In this document: positions 9,736 through 19,021 of the stretch, piece by piece
Position numbering within the stretch: position 1 is the first letter of the stretch
Layout of the letters: the number at the start of each line of letters is the position of its first letter
DNA from: Acidimicrobiia bacterium
Lineage (GTDB): Bacteria; Actinomycetota; Acidimicrobiia; Spongiisociales; ZC4RG35
Direction: 5' to 3'
DNA length: 42,643 bases
NCBI GenBank assembly: GCA_037969415.1
Contig: JBBKXI010000024.1
Coordinates: forward strand, 1-42,643
Translations under genes and position numbers: made by a program
Notes under the pieces: model-generated
Told to the model about the DNA's origin: nothing
What the model saw: only the letters and a program-made list of their open reading frames with translations
The model's database searches: none

Positions 9736-11100
9736 ATGCTTCCCGCCACCGATCAGTCGTCGATTCTCGACGAGTTGATCGAACAAGAGGAACAGAAATT
9801 CCTGGGTCGTGCCCCCGAGGCGACCCGTCTCGCGATGCGAGCTGACAAATCGCTGGCGGGAGGCGTCACCTCGAGCTGGCAAATCTCCCGCCCCCAACCC
9901 ATCTGGATCGATCGGGGAAAGGGTTCGCGGGTGTGGGATGTCGACGGGAACGAATATGTCGACCTCCACGGTGGCTACGGAGCGATGCTGGCCGGCCACG
10001 CCCATCCGGCAGTGGTCGAAGCCGTTCGTGACCGTGTCGCCCTGGGGACCCATTTCGCCCAGCCGACGCGGGATTCGATCGATGTCGCCGAAGAATTGGT
10101 CACTCGCTACAAACAACCATTGTGGCGATTCGGCAACTCAGGGACCGAAGCCACAATGGACGCCATTCACCTGATGCGGGCGGTTAAAGAACGCGATCTC
10201 ATCATCAAGTTCGAGGGTGCCTACCACGGCCATCACGACGCCGCCATGGTCTCGGTTTGGAACGAAGAGGATCTCGGGCCCGAGAAACGGCCACTCAGTG
10301 TTGCTGCCGGATCCGGGATTCCTCAAGCCATGGTAGATCTCACACTGGTGGCGACATTTAACGATCTCGATGTCGTCCGATCCTTGTTTGCGGAACACCC
10401 GGGCCAAATCGCTGGAGTGATCGTCGAGCCGATTCTGCAGAATTGCGGCATCCTCCTCCCCCAGCCTGAGTTCCTGGCCGGTTTGAGGGAAATCACCTTG
10501 GAAAACGATGCGCTCCTCACATTTGACGAAGTCAAGACCGGTCTCACCTCGGGCCGCGGCGGTGCCACTCAGAAATTCGGTGTCCAACCCGACATCGTCT
10601 GTCTCGCCAAGGCACTTGGTGGGGGACTTCCCATATCAGCCATCGGTGGTTCTGCCGAAGTGATGGGAGCAATAGTCGACGGAACCTACGACCAGGTGGG
10701 GACTTTCAACGGCAACCCGCTGAGCATGGCTGCAGCCAAAGCCATGTTGACCCAAGTAATGGTGGACGAAACATATCAACATCTCGATGAGATCCAGACC
10801 CTGATGAAGGGCGGCACCGAAGAGATCGTTAGGAATCACCAACTCACCGCCCACGTCGTCACGGCGGGGGCCAAAGGAAGCGTCATCTATTCCGCGGAGC
10901 CCCTCCGAACCTATCGAGACTTTCTTCAGGTCGATGGTCGCTACGCCCAGGCGGCATGGCTCTACCAGTACAACCGTGGGGTGTTCCTACCACCCTGGGG
11001 CAAAGGCGAGCAATGGCTGATCTCGGTGCAACACACCACCGACGACATCAACCTCTACCTGCAAACTCTTCGAGATTTCGCGGCCGTCATCACGTCATGA
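9736..11100 (+). CDS. Class III PLP aminotransferase (GSA-aminomutase-like / omega-transaminase)
   Basis: DVDGNEYVD, NSGTEA, FEGAYHG, VIVEP, FDEVKTG, LAKALGGG (PLP lysine), GTFNGNP; SD before ATG 9736. Confidence 0.92.
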   Translation: MLPATDQSSILDELIEQEEQKFLGRAPEATRLAMRADKSLAGGVTSSWQISRPQPIWIDRGKGSRVWDVDGNEYVDLHGGYGAMLAGHAHPAVVEAVRDRVALGTHFAQPTRDSIDVAEELVTRYKQPLWRFGNSGTEATMDAIHLMRAVKERDLIIKFEGAYHGHHDAAMVSVWNEEDLGPEKRPLSVAAGSGIPQAMVDLTLVATFNDLDVVRSLFAEHPGQIAGVIVEPILQNCGILLPQPEFLAGLREITLENDALLTFDEVKTGLTSGRGGATQKFGVQPDIVCLAKALGGGLPISAIGGSAEVMGAIVDGTYDQVGTFNGNPLSMAAAKAMLTQVMVDETYQHLDEIQTLMKGGTEEIVRNHQLTAHVVTAGAKGSVIYSAEPLRTYRDFLQVDGRYAQAAWLYQYNRGVFLPPWGKGEQWLISVQHTTDDINLYLQTLRDFAAVITS

Positions 11101-11124
11101 CATGGACATAGACTGCCTCCGGCT

Positions 11125-12204
11125 ATGAGTGGCGCCGTCAATCTCGTTGATCTCAAGAAATCCTTCGGTGATGTGCTCGCCGTAAAAGGGATCAACATCG
11201 CGGTCGAAGACGGGGAGTTCTTCTCGTTGCTCGGCCCATCGGGATGTGGCAAGACCACCACCCTTCGAATGATTGCCGGATTCGAACGTCCCGACTCGGG
11301 GGCGATCGTCATCGATGGGGTCGACCAGGCCTCGGTCCCACCACACAAACGCCCGGTCAACACTGTGTTCCAGAACTACGCACTGTTCCCCCATATGGAT
11401 GTTGCCGACAATGTTGCGTTCGGGCTGCGTTATCGACATGTCCCCAAGAACGATCAGAGTCGACTGGTGGGAGAGGCCCTGGAAAAGGTCCGATTGTCCG
11501 GGATGGAAAGCCGTCGGCCCACCCAGCTTTCCGGAGGCCAGCAACAGCGGGTGGCCCTGGCCCGCTCCCTCGTCCTCAACCCATCAGTGCTTCTCCTCGA
11601 CGAACCGCTCGGCGCACTTGATGCGAAGCTTCGCAAGGCATTGCAGGTTGAGTTGAAGGGGCTTCAGGAGGACCTGGGGATTACTTTCATCTACGTCACC
11701 CACGACCAAGAAGAGGCGTTGACAATGTCGGACCGGATCGCGGTGATGTCGTTGGGCGAGGTGGCGCAGCTGGGAACACCGGCTGATGTCTACGAAGCCC
11801 CCGCAACCAGTTATATCGCCGAGTTCCTCGGAGTTTCCAACCTCAAAAACGTCGAGATCGGCGTCCCGGTGAACGGCTCGACCACGATCACGATGGGCCA
11901 GCATCATCTAAGCGCGTCCGGAAACGGTGCTCCGGAGGGACCGGCAATGATTTCGATTCGACCCGAGCGAATCGGGATCAACCCCGAAACCGATCAGACG
12001 CAGAATTCGGTGCCTGCAACCGTTGCTCGTACCGTATACGCCGGACCGGTACTCAGCGTCCACACCCTTGTCGATGGTGTCGGAGAGTTTCAGGTCTCAC
12101 TCGCCAACCAGGGCAACCAATCGAATTGGAAAGCAGGAGACCGCGTCCAATTGCACTTTCCCCCGGACGCGATCCGCATTCTCGCCGGGTCGGATCAGGT
12201 CTAG
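11125..12204 (+). CDS. potA: Polyamine-type ABC transporter ATP-binding protein (PotA-like)
   Basis: [31 protein letters not shown]-terminal TOBE-like region. Confidence 0.92.
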   Translation: MSGAVNLVDLKKSFGDVLAVKGINIAVEDGEFFSLLGPSGCGKTTTLRMIAGFERPDSGAIVIDGVDQASVPPHKRPVNTVFQNYALFPHMDVADNVAFGLRYRHVPKNDQSRLVGEALEKVRLSGMESRRPTQLSGGQQQRVALARSLVLNPSVLLLDEPLGALDAKLRKALQVELKGLQEDLGITFIYVTHDQEEALTMSDRIAVMSLGEVAQLGTPADVYEAPATSYIAEFLGVSNLKNVEIGVPVNGSTTITMGQHHLSASGNGAPEGPAMISIRPERIGINPETDQTQNSVPATVARTVYAGPVLSVHTLVDGVGEFQVSLANQGNQSNWKAGDRVQLHFPPDAIRILAGSDQV

Positions 12205-13079
12205 ATTTCAAATCGGCCGATCGTCTCCAGGGCCGATTCATCGTCCCCGCTCTTGCGTCCGAAAACTTTCAAGGCCAGGCCGCCGAGTGTGACCGCTCCA
12301 ATCGTGACCACCATCAGCACGGTTGCGAGGGCGTTTAGCGACGGCGGCGGAGCCAGCCTCGCACCGGAGTAGAGCCGCACGGGAATCGTCACCGAATCGG
12401 CACCTCCTACCAGGAACTGGCTTATGACAAAATCGTCGATCGAGATGGCGAAGACGATGGCGAGCGAGGCAAAAATCGCTGGCATCAGCAACGGAAAAAG
12501 TACGCGCCTCATTGCCTGGGATGGCGAGGCGCCGAGGTCCATGGCAGCCTCCTCGTAGTCACGCCCGATGGCAAATAGACGACCCCGCACGATGATCACT
12601 ACAAACGAGATGGAAAAGGTGACATGTCCCAGGAATTGGGCCATCGTCCCGAAGGTGACGAAGTCGTAGAGGTTGTCGAAAACGAGGAAAAGGGCAACGC
12701 CCATCACAATCTCGGGGGTGACCAACGGAAAAAGCATTAGAAAGTTTGAGGGCTTGGCGAGACGTCCCCTCCAGCGTGCCAACCCGATCGCCAGTGCGAT
12801 GCCGATCGGGGTGGCTACCAGCATCGTCAGCAACGCCAGTTTGAGACTCTGATTCAGGGCAAAACGGAGAGAGGGGTCATAGAGAACCGATTCCGCTGCC
12901 TCCGGCGTGCCCAGATACCATCTGGTGGAGAAGCCCTGCCAGGTACTCCGCGATCGTCCGGCATTAAAGGAGAACCTGATGGCGATGATGACCGGGACTA
13001 TGGACCAGAGGATGTACATCGCGGTGACCAGCGGAAGCGTTCTCGGCTTGTTCCATGGGTTCGACAGGAAAGATCTCAT
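12201..13079 (-). CDS. potC: Polyamine-type ABC permease (PotC-like)
   Basis: EEAAMDLGA EAA loop, FAISIDDFVI, TM helices. Confidence 0.9.
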   Translation of the reverse strand: MRSFLSNPWNKPRTLPLVTAMYILWSIVPVIIAIRFSFNAGRSRSTWQGFSTRWYLGTPEAAESVLYDPSLRFALNQSLKLALLTMLVATPIGIALAIGLARWRGRLAKPSNFLMLFPLVTPEIVMGVALFLVFDNLYDFVTFGTMAQFLGHVTFSISFVVIIVRGRLFAIGRDYEEAAMDLGASPSQAMRRVLFPLLMPAIFASLAIVFAISIDDFVISQFLVGGADSVTIPVRLYSGARLAPPPSLNALATVLMVVTIGAVTLGGLALKVFGRKSGDDESALETIGRFEI

Positions 13080-14002
13080 TCCCTCGCTGCCCGGGTCGCC
13101 TGATTAATTGTCCTCAAGTAATAGAGCATTAGTCCGGCCACGAACACCATCAGGACAATGGTTAGTGCGGCACCGACCGCTCCCTGACTGGTGGTCTGGT
13201 TGATGAACTGGTCGATAGTGTTGCCCAACATGCGGGTACGTGGTGAACCGGACAACAGCGTCGGGGTGTAGTAGTCACCAAACATGGGCAGCATGATGAT
13301 GACCAGGCCACCGAGGACGCCGTTTTTGGACAGTGGGAGTGTCACCCTCCAGAAGGTTGAGAAGCTCCCCGCACCCAGGTCGCGCGAGGCCTCAAGTGTT
13401 GCCTCATCGATCCGGTCCAGCGATGCAAAGAGCGGCAGAATAAAGAACGGTATATACCCGTAGACGAGGCCAAGTATGACCACGTAGTTGTGACCGGCGA
13501 GCCAATCCGGAAGGTTCTCGACTCCAATCGTTGCCAGGAATTGGTTGACCTGACCGTCAGGGCTCAACAGATTGACCCACGACATCATCCGCATCAGGTA
13601 GTTGATCCAGAAAGGGGCAAGGATAAGTAGCAACCACAGCCAACGCCACCGCCCCGCCTTCCGTGATACGAAATAGGCGACCGGATAACCGATCAGGAGG
13701 CAAAGAAACGAGGCAACAAACACGTACCCGAGGGTGCGCAGCGCGATAACACCGAGCTGACCCCCGAAGAGATCTCCCAATACCTCACCGAAAACCGCGG
13801 TATCCCAATAAAACGGGTTCCACTCCGGCTGGGGACGGTTGAAAATCGGGTCGGTTCGACCCATCGCAACGGCGAATATCGCATAAAAGGGGACCAGGAA
13901 CAGGGCAACCAACCACAACACCCCGGGGAGGGCGAAAGATGGCCAAACGAAACGACGTTGGCCGACAACGTCGTATTCGCCGCCTTGGAGGTTGGTGGGC
14001 AC
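13076..14002 (-). CDS. potB: Polyamine-type ABC permease (PotB-like)
   Basis: GYPVAY, PFWINYLMR, LEASRDLGA, GDYYTP. Confidence 0.9.
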   Translation of the reverse strand: MPTNLQGGEYDVVGQRRFVWPSFALPGVLWLVALFLVPFYAIFAVAMGRTDPIFNRPQPEWNPFYWDTAVFGEVLGDLFGGQLGVIALRTLGYVFVASFLCLLIGYPVAYFVSRKAGRWRWLWLLLILAPFWINYLMRMMSWVNLLSPDGQVNQFLATIGVENLPDWLAGHNYVVILGLVYGYIPFFILPLFASLDRIDEATLEASRDLGAGSFSTFWRVTLPLSKNGVLGGLVIIMLPMFGDYYTPTLLSGSPRTRMLGNTIDQFINQTTSQGAVGAALTIVLMVFVAGLMLYYLRTINQATRAARE

Positions 14003-14034
14003 CGATTAACCCTCAGAAAGAGAGGGTCGTATGG

Positions 14035-15327
14035 CTAGCCGCCCGACGTGGCGCGGTTCCACTGATCCGACCATGCCTTTTCGGTGGCAGGATCGAGCGG
14101 ACCTTGCACCCAAATCGAGTCGCCGGCGAAGTCCTCCGGTCCAACGATGGCCGGTGCCAGAAACTCGGGAACCCACTCGTCGGCTACCAGCGTGTCGCTA
14201 TCCAGGCCGACTTGCGGTGGTTGGTATCCCAGCCACCCGAAATTCTCCAGGGCGTTGGCTTCGTCAAGCATGAAGTTGATGAAGTTGTGGGCCAGCACCG
14301 GGCGGGCTGCGTTTTTGGGGACAGTCATAGTGTCGTTGGAGATCATTCCGTTGACAGCCGACCCCTCACTCTTGCCCGGCCAGTTGTAGCGGGTGACCGA
14401 GATGTCAGCGTCTTCGGGCCAGTAATACTGAGAGTTGATCAGGTCGCCCGACCACGCCATATGCAATCCAAAACGACCCTCCGGGATACCTACATATGCA
14501 CCGTCGATGGTGTATCTCACACCCATCAAATCGATCAACTCGATGAGAGAATCGCCAGCAGCTTTCAGTTCGGCGTCGGTCGCCTTGGAGGGATCGACGA
14601 CGCCGTTCCGGAACAGGGTCATCGGAATGGTGTCGGTGAACGAGTCGAGCAGGCCCATTGTCCCGTTGTATTTCTCATTCCAGAATACGTCGTAAGGATT
14701 TGCCTGGCCCTCGATATCGGCACTGTCGACCATGTCGGTCCGCCAACCAATCCCCGTGGTGTAGACCACATAGGGGACCGAATACCGGGACCCCTGGTCG
14801 TAATACGGGTTGACCAGCGATGGCCAGACGTACGTCTCCAGGTTGGGTAAGTAGTCGAGATTCAGGGGTTGAATCAAACTCCCCGCCACGGAGACCGGGA
14901 CTCGCTGCGACGTGGGAAACCAGACGTCGAAGCTCACCTCGCCGGACGACATCTTGGAGATCGCCTCCTCCTCGTTGAAGAAGGTGGTGATTTCGATGTC
15001 AACACCAAGAGCCTCTTCAGCTGCGGGGATGGTCTCAGGATTGATGTAATCAGCCCAGTTGTAGACCCGCAGAGGCCCGGCCTCCTGCTCCAGACCGGAA
15101 GCTATTGCTTGGTTGTCGTCAAAGAGTGGTTGTTGAACCGGGCTGGCTGGCGTGCCGATGGCGAGATCAGCGGCGGCGTCCTGCTCCCGATCGGCGCACG
15201 CGGCAAGAAGTGAAGGCATCAAGGGAATGGCGATTCCAAGGGCCCCGGCACGGGATATGAAGTCCCTTCTGGTGTAGATCCGCTTTCTGGGGTCCTGGTT
15301 CCAGTTCTCTCTCGGGTGATAGGCCAT
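14035..15327 (-). CDS. potD: Polyamine-type ABC substrate-binding lipoprotein (PotD/PotF-like), Tat signal
   Basis: TRRDFI twin-arginine motif, lipobox LLAAC, YNWADYI, YSVPY, AWSGD, FINFM; GAGGAGG SD. Confidence 0.88.
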   Translation of the reverse strand: MAYHPRENWNQDPRKRIYTRRDFISRAGALGIAIPLMPSLLAACADREQDAAADLAIGTPASPVQQPLFDDNQAIASGLEQEAGPLRVYNWADYINPETIPAAEEALGVDIEITTFFNEEEAISKMSSGEVSFDVWFPTSQRVPVSVAGSLIQPLNLDYLPNLETYVWPSLVNPYYDQGSRYSVPYVVYTTGIGWRTDMVDSADIEGQANPYDVFWNEKYNGTMGLLDSFTDTIPMTLFRNGVVDPSKATDAELKAAGDSLIELIDLMGVRYTIDGAYVGIPEGRFGLHMAWSGDLINSQYYWPEDADISVTRYNWPGKSEGSAVNGMISNDTMTVPKNAARPVLAHNFINFMLDEANALENFGWLGYQPPQVGLDSDTLVADEWVPEFLAPAIVGPEDFAGDSIWVQGPLDPATEKAWSDQWNRATSGG

Positions 15328-15360
15328 GCTTGCGTCCTCCTCGCAACTCCGAATTGAATC

Positions 15361-15376
15361 CTAAACCGCCATTCAA
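15361..15376. promoter_or_regulatory. Putative operator copy 3
   Basis: CTAAACCGCCATTCAA upstream of the potD-like gene; matches consensus YTGAAYGGCCRTTCAR with mismatches. Confidence 0.6.
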
Positions 15377-15398
15377 TACGGATGTCGGATGGAGCCGA

Positions 15399-16001
15399 CT
15401 ATTTGAGGAACGCCCTGGAGAATCCGCGGGCCAGGTCACTCATCCGCGCTGAACTGATCGTGGGGTCTCCGAGCATGACCTCGATGGCCATTCCGTCGAG
15501 CATCGCCGACAGTTGGATAGCAAAGTCGGAGGACTCAACTCGGCGAAATTCACCGGACTCAATCCCTTCGTCAACGATGGCAGCAATCTGGGATCTCCAG
15601 GCCTCATCGAGACGGGCCCGCGCTGCGGCAAGCGTCAAGTCGTGCCTCGCCATCTCCCAGGTCGCCGGCCAGATCTGCCAGCCATCGATTTTTCCGTTGC
15701 CGCTGGTGGGGACGGGACAGGAAGCCTCGATCAAGATAATCAGCTTGTCCTCGGCTGAGGTCACCGTGAGCAATTCTTCGCCCACCTTGTCATAAAACAA
15801 TTGATCCTGATAGATCAAGGCGTCGGTGAGAAGAGCGGCTTTGGATGGGAAGTAATAAAGGACTAGCGCCGGGCTGGCACCGATTATCTCGGCGATGTCA
15901 GCAATCCGGGTTTCACAAAGGCCACGTTCGGCGATCGCCGAGATAGTGGCCTCGAGAATGTCACGTCTACGACTCTCGGTCAGTTTCGGTCTTGGACTCA
16001 C
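15399..16001 (-). CDS. TetR-family transcriptional regulator (BetI-like C-terminus)
   Basis: N-terminal HTH (ILEATISAIAERG...IADIAEIIGASPALVLYYFPSK); C-terminal GIESGEF...AMLDG; probable GTG start at 16001. Confidence 0.92.
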   Translation of the reverse strand: MSPRPKLTESRRRDILEATISAIAERGLCETRIADIAEIIGASPALVLYYFPSKAALLTDALIYQDQLFYDKVGEELLTVTSAEDKLIILIEASCPVPTSGNGKIDGWQIWPATWEMARHDLTLAAARARLDEAWRSQIAAIVDEGIESGEFRRVESSDFAIQLSAMLDGMAIEVMLGDPTISSARMSDLARGFSRAFLK

Positions 16002-16046
16002 TCGCTGATGATGGCATAACTGCGTCATCCCGGCCGAAAAGGTACC

Positions 16047-16062
16047 CTGAACGGCCATTCAA
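16047..16062. promoter_or_regulatory. Putative operator copy 4 (autoregulatory position)
   Basis: CTGAACGGCCATTCAA between divergent tetR and acyl-CoA synthetase genes. Confidence 0.75.
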
Positions 16063-16116
16063 CTGCCGATGATTATTGTCCCCACAAGAACCCACCAAAC
16101 ACGAAGAGCGTCCTAA

Positions 16117-18225
16117 GTGACTCCCAGCCCAGTCAACGACCCAGCTAGCCCCGTCGGGGGGATACAAGAGGGGTCGCCCCCCCTTGTAAACTTACACCCA
16201 CTTCTCAACCCGGCTTCAGTATCCGTTGTGGGTGCCTCGGAAAGACCGGGGTCGGTGGGCGATCTCACACTCAGACAACTCATTTCCGGTGGATTCAGTG
16301 GTCCGATATACCCGGTCAACCCGGGATATACGGAGCTTCACGGAATCGCTTCATTCCCGTCATCATCCGATCTCCCTTCGCCCGTTGACCTGACCGTCCT
16401 TGCTGTCGCCAACCATTTGCTTGAAAGCGAAATGGAGAAGGCGATCGCAAGCGGGACCAGGGCCGTCACCATTTTCGCAAGCTGTCACGGGGCCGCCTCG
16501 GACGGAACCCCACTTCGATCGAGATTGAAGAACCTGGCGGACGCGGCAGGAGTTCCCGTTTGCGGTGGCAATGGCATGGGTTTCTTGAATGTGGAAGACA
16601 GCGTGCGGGTCTGCGGCTTTTATCAGCCGCCGCTCATGCCGGGTGGCGTCGCATTCATCAGCCATTCCGGCTCCCTCTTCTCCGCCGTCCTCCACAACCG
16701 GCGGAGAATGGGGTTCAACCTGGTGGTCTCCAGCGGACTCGAGATCAACACGACCATGGACCATTACCTCGATTGGGTGCTCGACAAGGCGAGCACCCGG
16801 GTAGTGGCGCTTTTCCTCGAGACAGTCCGGAATCCCGATCGATTTCGGGCGGCGCTCAGCAAAGCTGAAGCAGTTGGTGTCCCGGTCGTGGCGCTCAAAG
16901 TCGGTACAAGTCCAGGTGCACAGGCGGCAGTGGCCACCCACAGTGAGGCGTTGGCGGGGGAAACACCGACCTTCGATGCGGTCTTTGCTGCTCATGGTGT
17001 TCACAAGGTCTTAAGCCCGGACGAGTTGCTCGACACTGTTGAACTATTCGCCGCCGGCCGAAGGGCAACCGCGGCCGGTCTGGGGGCGGTTCATGACTCG
17101 GGCGGGGAACGAGCGTTGCTGTTCGATACAGCTCATCGTGTGGGTGTGCCGCTGCCAACGGTCGCCGCAGAAACGAGCTCCAAGCTTCAGCAGATTCTCG
17201 ACCCGGGTCTGGAACCGGCCAACCCTGTAGACGCCTGGGGGACCGGGCGAAATGCCGAAGACGTCTTCGCCGAATCGCTTAAGGCGCTAGCCAACGATCC
17301 GTCGATTGGTGCGGTTGCCTTCACGGTCGACCTCACCCCCGAGGAGAAGCCTGACGACGCGTACAGTTCAGCAGCCCTGACCGTCCACGCGGCTACCGAA
17401 AAGCCAGTGATGCTGATCGCCAACCTCTCATCGGCTGTTGACCCGGTGCAATCCGACGTGCTTCGTTCTTCGGGGATTCCAGTGCTTGAAGGAACCGAAA
17501 CCGCGCTTCGAGCAGTCGGGCACCTATTCGACCACTACCGGAGGGCGGCGCTGGGCCCAAACCCTCCCCGGCTTTCCCGACCCCGAGATGTGCCGTCGAC
17601 CGATCTCGACGAAAGCGAGAGTCTCGAACTCCTCGAGCAATACGGAGTTCACACTCCCCGGTCCCAGCTGGTCGAGACGGTCGATGGGGCCGTCGTGGCG
17701 GCCCGGACCATCGGCTATCCCGTCGTTGTGAAGACTGCTGAGTTCGCTCACAAGAGCGATGTGGGCGGGGTCGTCCTCAACGTCAAGGATGAGGCGGGCC
17801 TCCGCGCGGTAGTCACTGACATCCAAATCCGTCTCGGCGATAAGGTCGTGGTCGCCAGCTATGTTCCTGATGGATTGGAGATAGCGCTGGGGATGTACAC
17901 GGATGCCCAATTCGGACCGATCTGCACGGTGGGAGCCGGAGGTACCCTGGTGGAGATCCTTGATGACCACAGCTCGTTTGTGCCTCCGATCGGACCTCAG
18001 GCTGCCCACGGACTCCTAGATCGGCTACGCCTCCGACCCATTCTGGATGGGGTGCGAGGCGGGGCCCCCCTCGATATCGAAGGCCTTGTCAACATCGTCG
18101 TCCGATTCTCCGAACTGGCGGCCGACTCCGACGGACGATTGGCCTCGATCGACGTGAACCCGATCATCGTGGGTCCGACTTCGGTGGTGGCGGTCGACGC
18201 GCTGGCCAAGGGCTGCGATGACTGA
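16117..18225 (+). CDS. ADP-forming acyl-CoA synthetase (acetate-CoA ligase family, fused alpha/beta)
   Basis: CoA-binding VVGAS..PVNP, GGNGMG, SHSGS, ATHS phospho-His, NPVD, ATP-grasp HKSDVGGV, DVNPII; exact start uncertain. Confidence 0.9.
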   Translation: MTPSPVNDPASPVGGIQEGSPPLVNLHPLLNPASVSVVGASERPGSVGDLTLRQLISGGFSGPIYPVNPGYTELHGIASFPSSSDLPSPVDLTVLAVANHLLESEMEKAIASGTRAVTIFASCHGAASDGTPLRSRLKNLADAAGVPVCGGNGMGFLNVEDSVRVCGFYQPPLMPGGVAFISHSGSLFSAVLHNRRRMGFNLVVSSGLEINTTMDHYLDWVLDKASTRVVALFLETVRNPDRFRAALSKAEAVGVPVVALKVGTSPGAQAAVATHSEALAGETPTFDAVFAAHGVHKVLSPDELLDTVELFAAGRRATAAGLGAVHDSGGERALLFDTAHRVGVPLPTVAAETSSKLQQILDPGLEPANPVDAWGTGRNAEDVFAESLKALANDPSIGAVAFTVDLTPEEKPDDAYSSAALTVHAATEKPVMLIANLSSAVDPVQSDVLRSSGIPVLEGTETALRAVGHLFDHYRRAALGPNPPRLSRPRDVPSTDLDESESLELLEQYGVHTPRSQLVETVDGAVVAARTIGYPVVVKTAEFAHKSDVGGVVLNVKDEAGLRAVVTDIQIRLGDKVVVASYVPDGLEIALGMYTDAQFGPICTVGAGGTLVEILDDHSSFVPPIGPQAAHGLLDRLRLRPILDGVRGGAPLDIEGLVNIVVRFSELAADSDGRLASIDVNPIIVGPTSVVAVDALAKGCDD

Positions 18226-19021
18226 CGTCGTGCTGGCTGCTGACGACGGTCCGGTGCGGGTCTTGACCCTCAACCGCCCGGAAAAGCTAAACGCCATGTC
18301 GACGTTGATGACCGAACGACTCTCCGTGTTGTTGGCTGACGCCGCCCGGGACGAATCGGTGCGAGTGATCGTCATCACCGGTGCCGGGCGTTCCTTCTGT
18401 GCCGGGTATGACCTCGAGGAAGACGCCGTGAGCGATAGCTACGAAGCGAGCTTCGAGTCGCTGAACCACAGTCTCGACCGCTTGCTCGAGGTCTTCGACC
18501 ATCCCCAGCCGGTTATCGCCAGTGTGAGGGGCCATTGTCTCGCCGGCGGATGCGATCTGATGATGATGTGCGATCTCACCGTCGCAGCAGATAACGCAGT
18601 CTTTGGCCAACCGGAGATACGGTTTGGCTCGGCCATCGTCGCCCATGTCCTCCCCTGGCTGGTCGGGGCGCGCGCCGCCAAGGAGTACATCCTCACTGGC
18701 GACGACAAAATCACCGCGACCAGGGCGAAGGAGTTGGGGCTGGTGAATCGGGTCGTGCCGGTAGACGACCTGGAGGCAGAGACACTGAAACTTGCGCAGG
18801 ATCTGGCCGCAGTCGACCCGACGGTGATGGCATTGACCAAACGAGCGATCAACGCCAGTTGGGAGAAAGCCGGGTTCCGGGAAGCTTTACGCGAGGGTGT
18901 GGAACTCGGAGCCGTCATCGAATCCGACCGTGCACCCGAACGCGAAGAATTCGAACGCATCAGCCGCGAACAGGGTCTACGAGATGCGATCGCTTGGCGC
19001 GACCAGAGGTTCTCCAACTAG
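18218..19021 (+). CDS. Enoyl-CoA hydratase/isomerase (crotonase) family protein
   Basis: LNRPEKLNA, FCAGYDL, GHCLAGG, FGQPEI. Confidence 0.93.
   Translation: MTDVVLAADDGPVRVLTLNRPEKLNAMSTLMTERLSVLLADAARDESVRVIVITGAGRSFCAGYDLEEDAVSDSYEASFESLNHSLDRLLEVFDHPQPVIASVRGHCLAGGCDLMMMCDLTVAADNAVFGQPEIRFGSAIVAHVLPWLVGARAAKEYILTGDDKITATRAKELGLVNRVVPVDDLEAETLKLAQDLAAVDPTVMALTKRAINASWEKAGFREALREGVELGAVIESDRAPEREEFERISREQGLRDAIAWRDQRFSN

Noticed and set aside
9736-11100. Calling the aminotransferase hemL
   Set aside because: No tetrapyrrole genes nearby and the N-terminal motif differs (GGVTSSWQ rather than GGVNSPVR); context indicates catabolism
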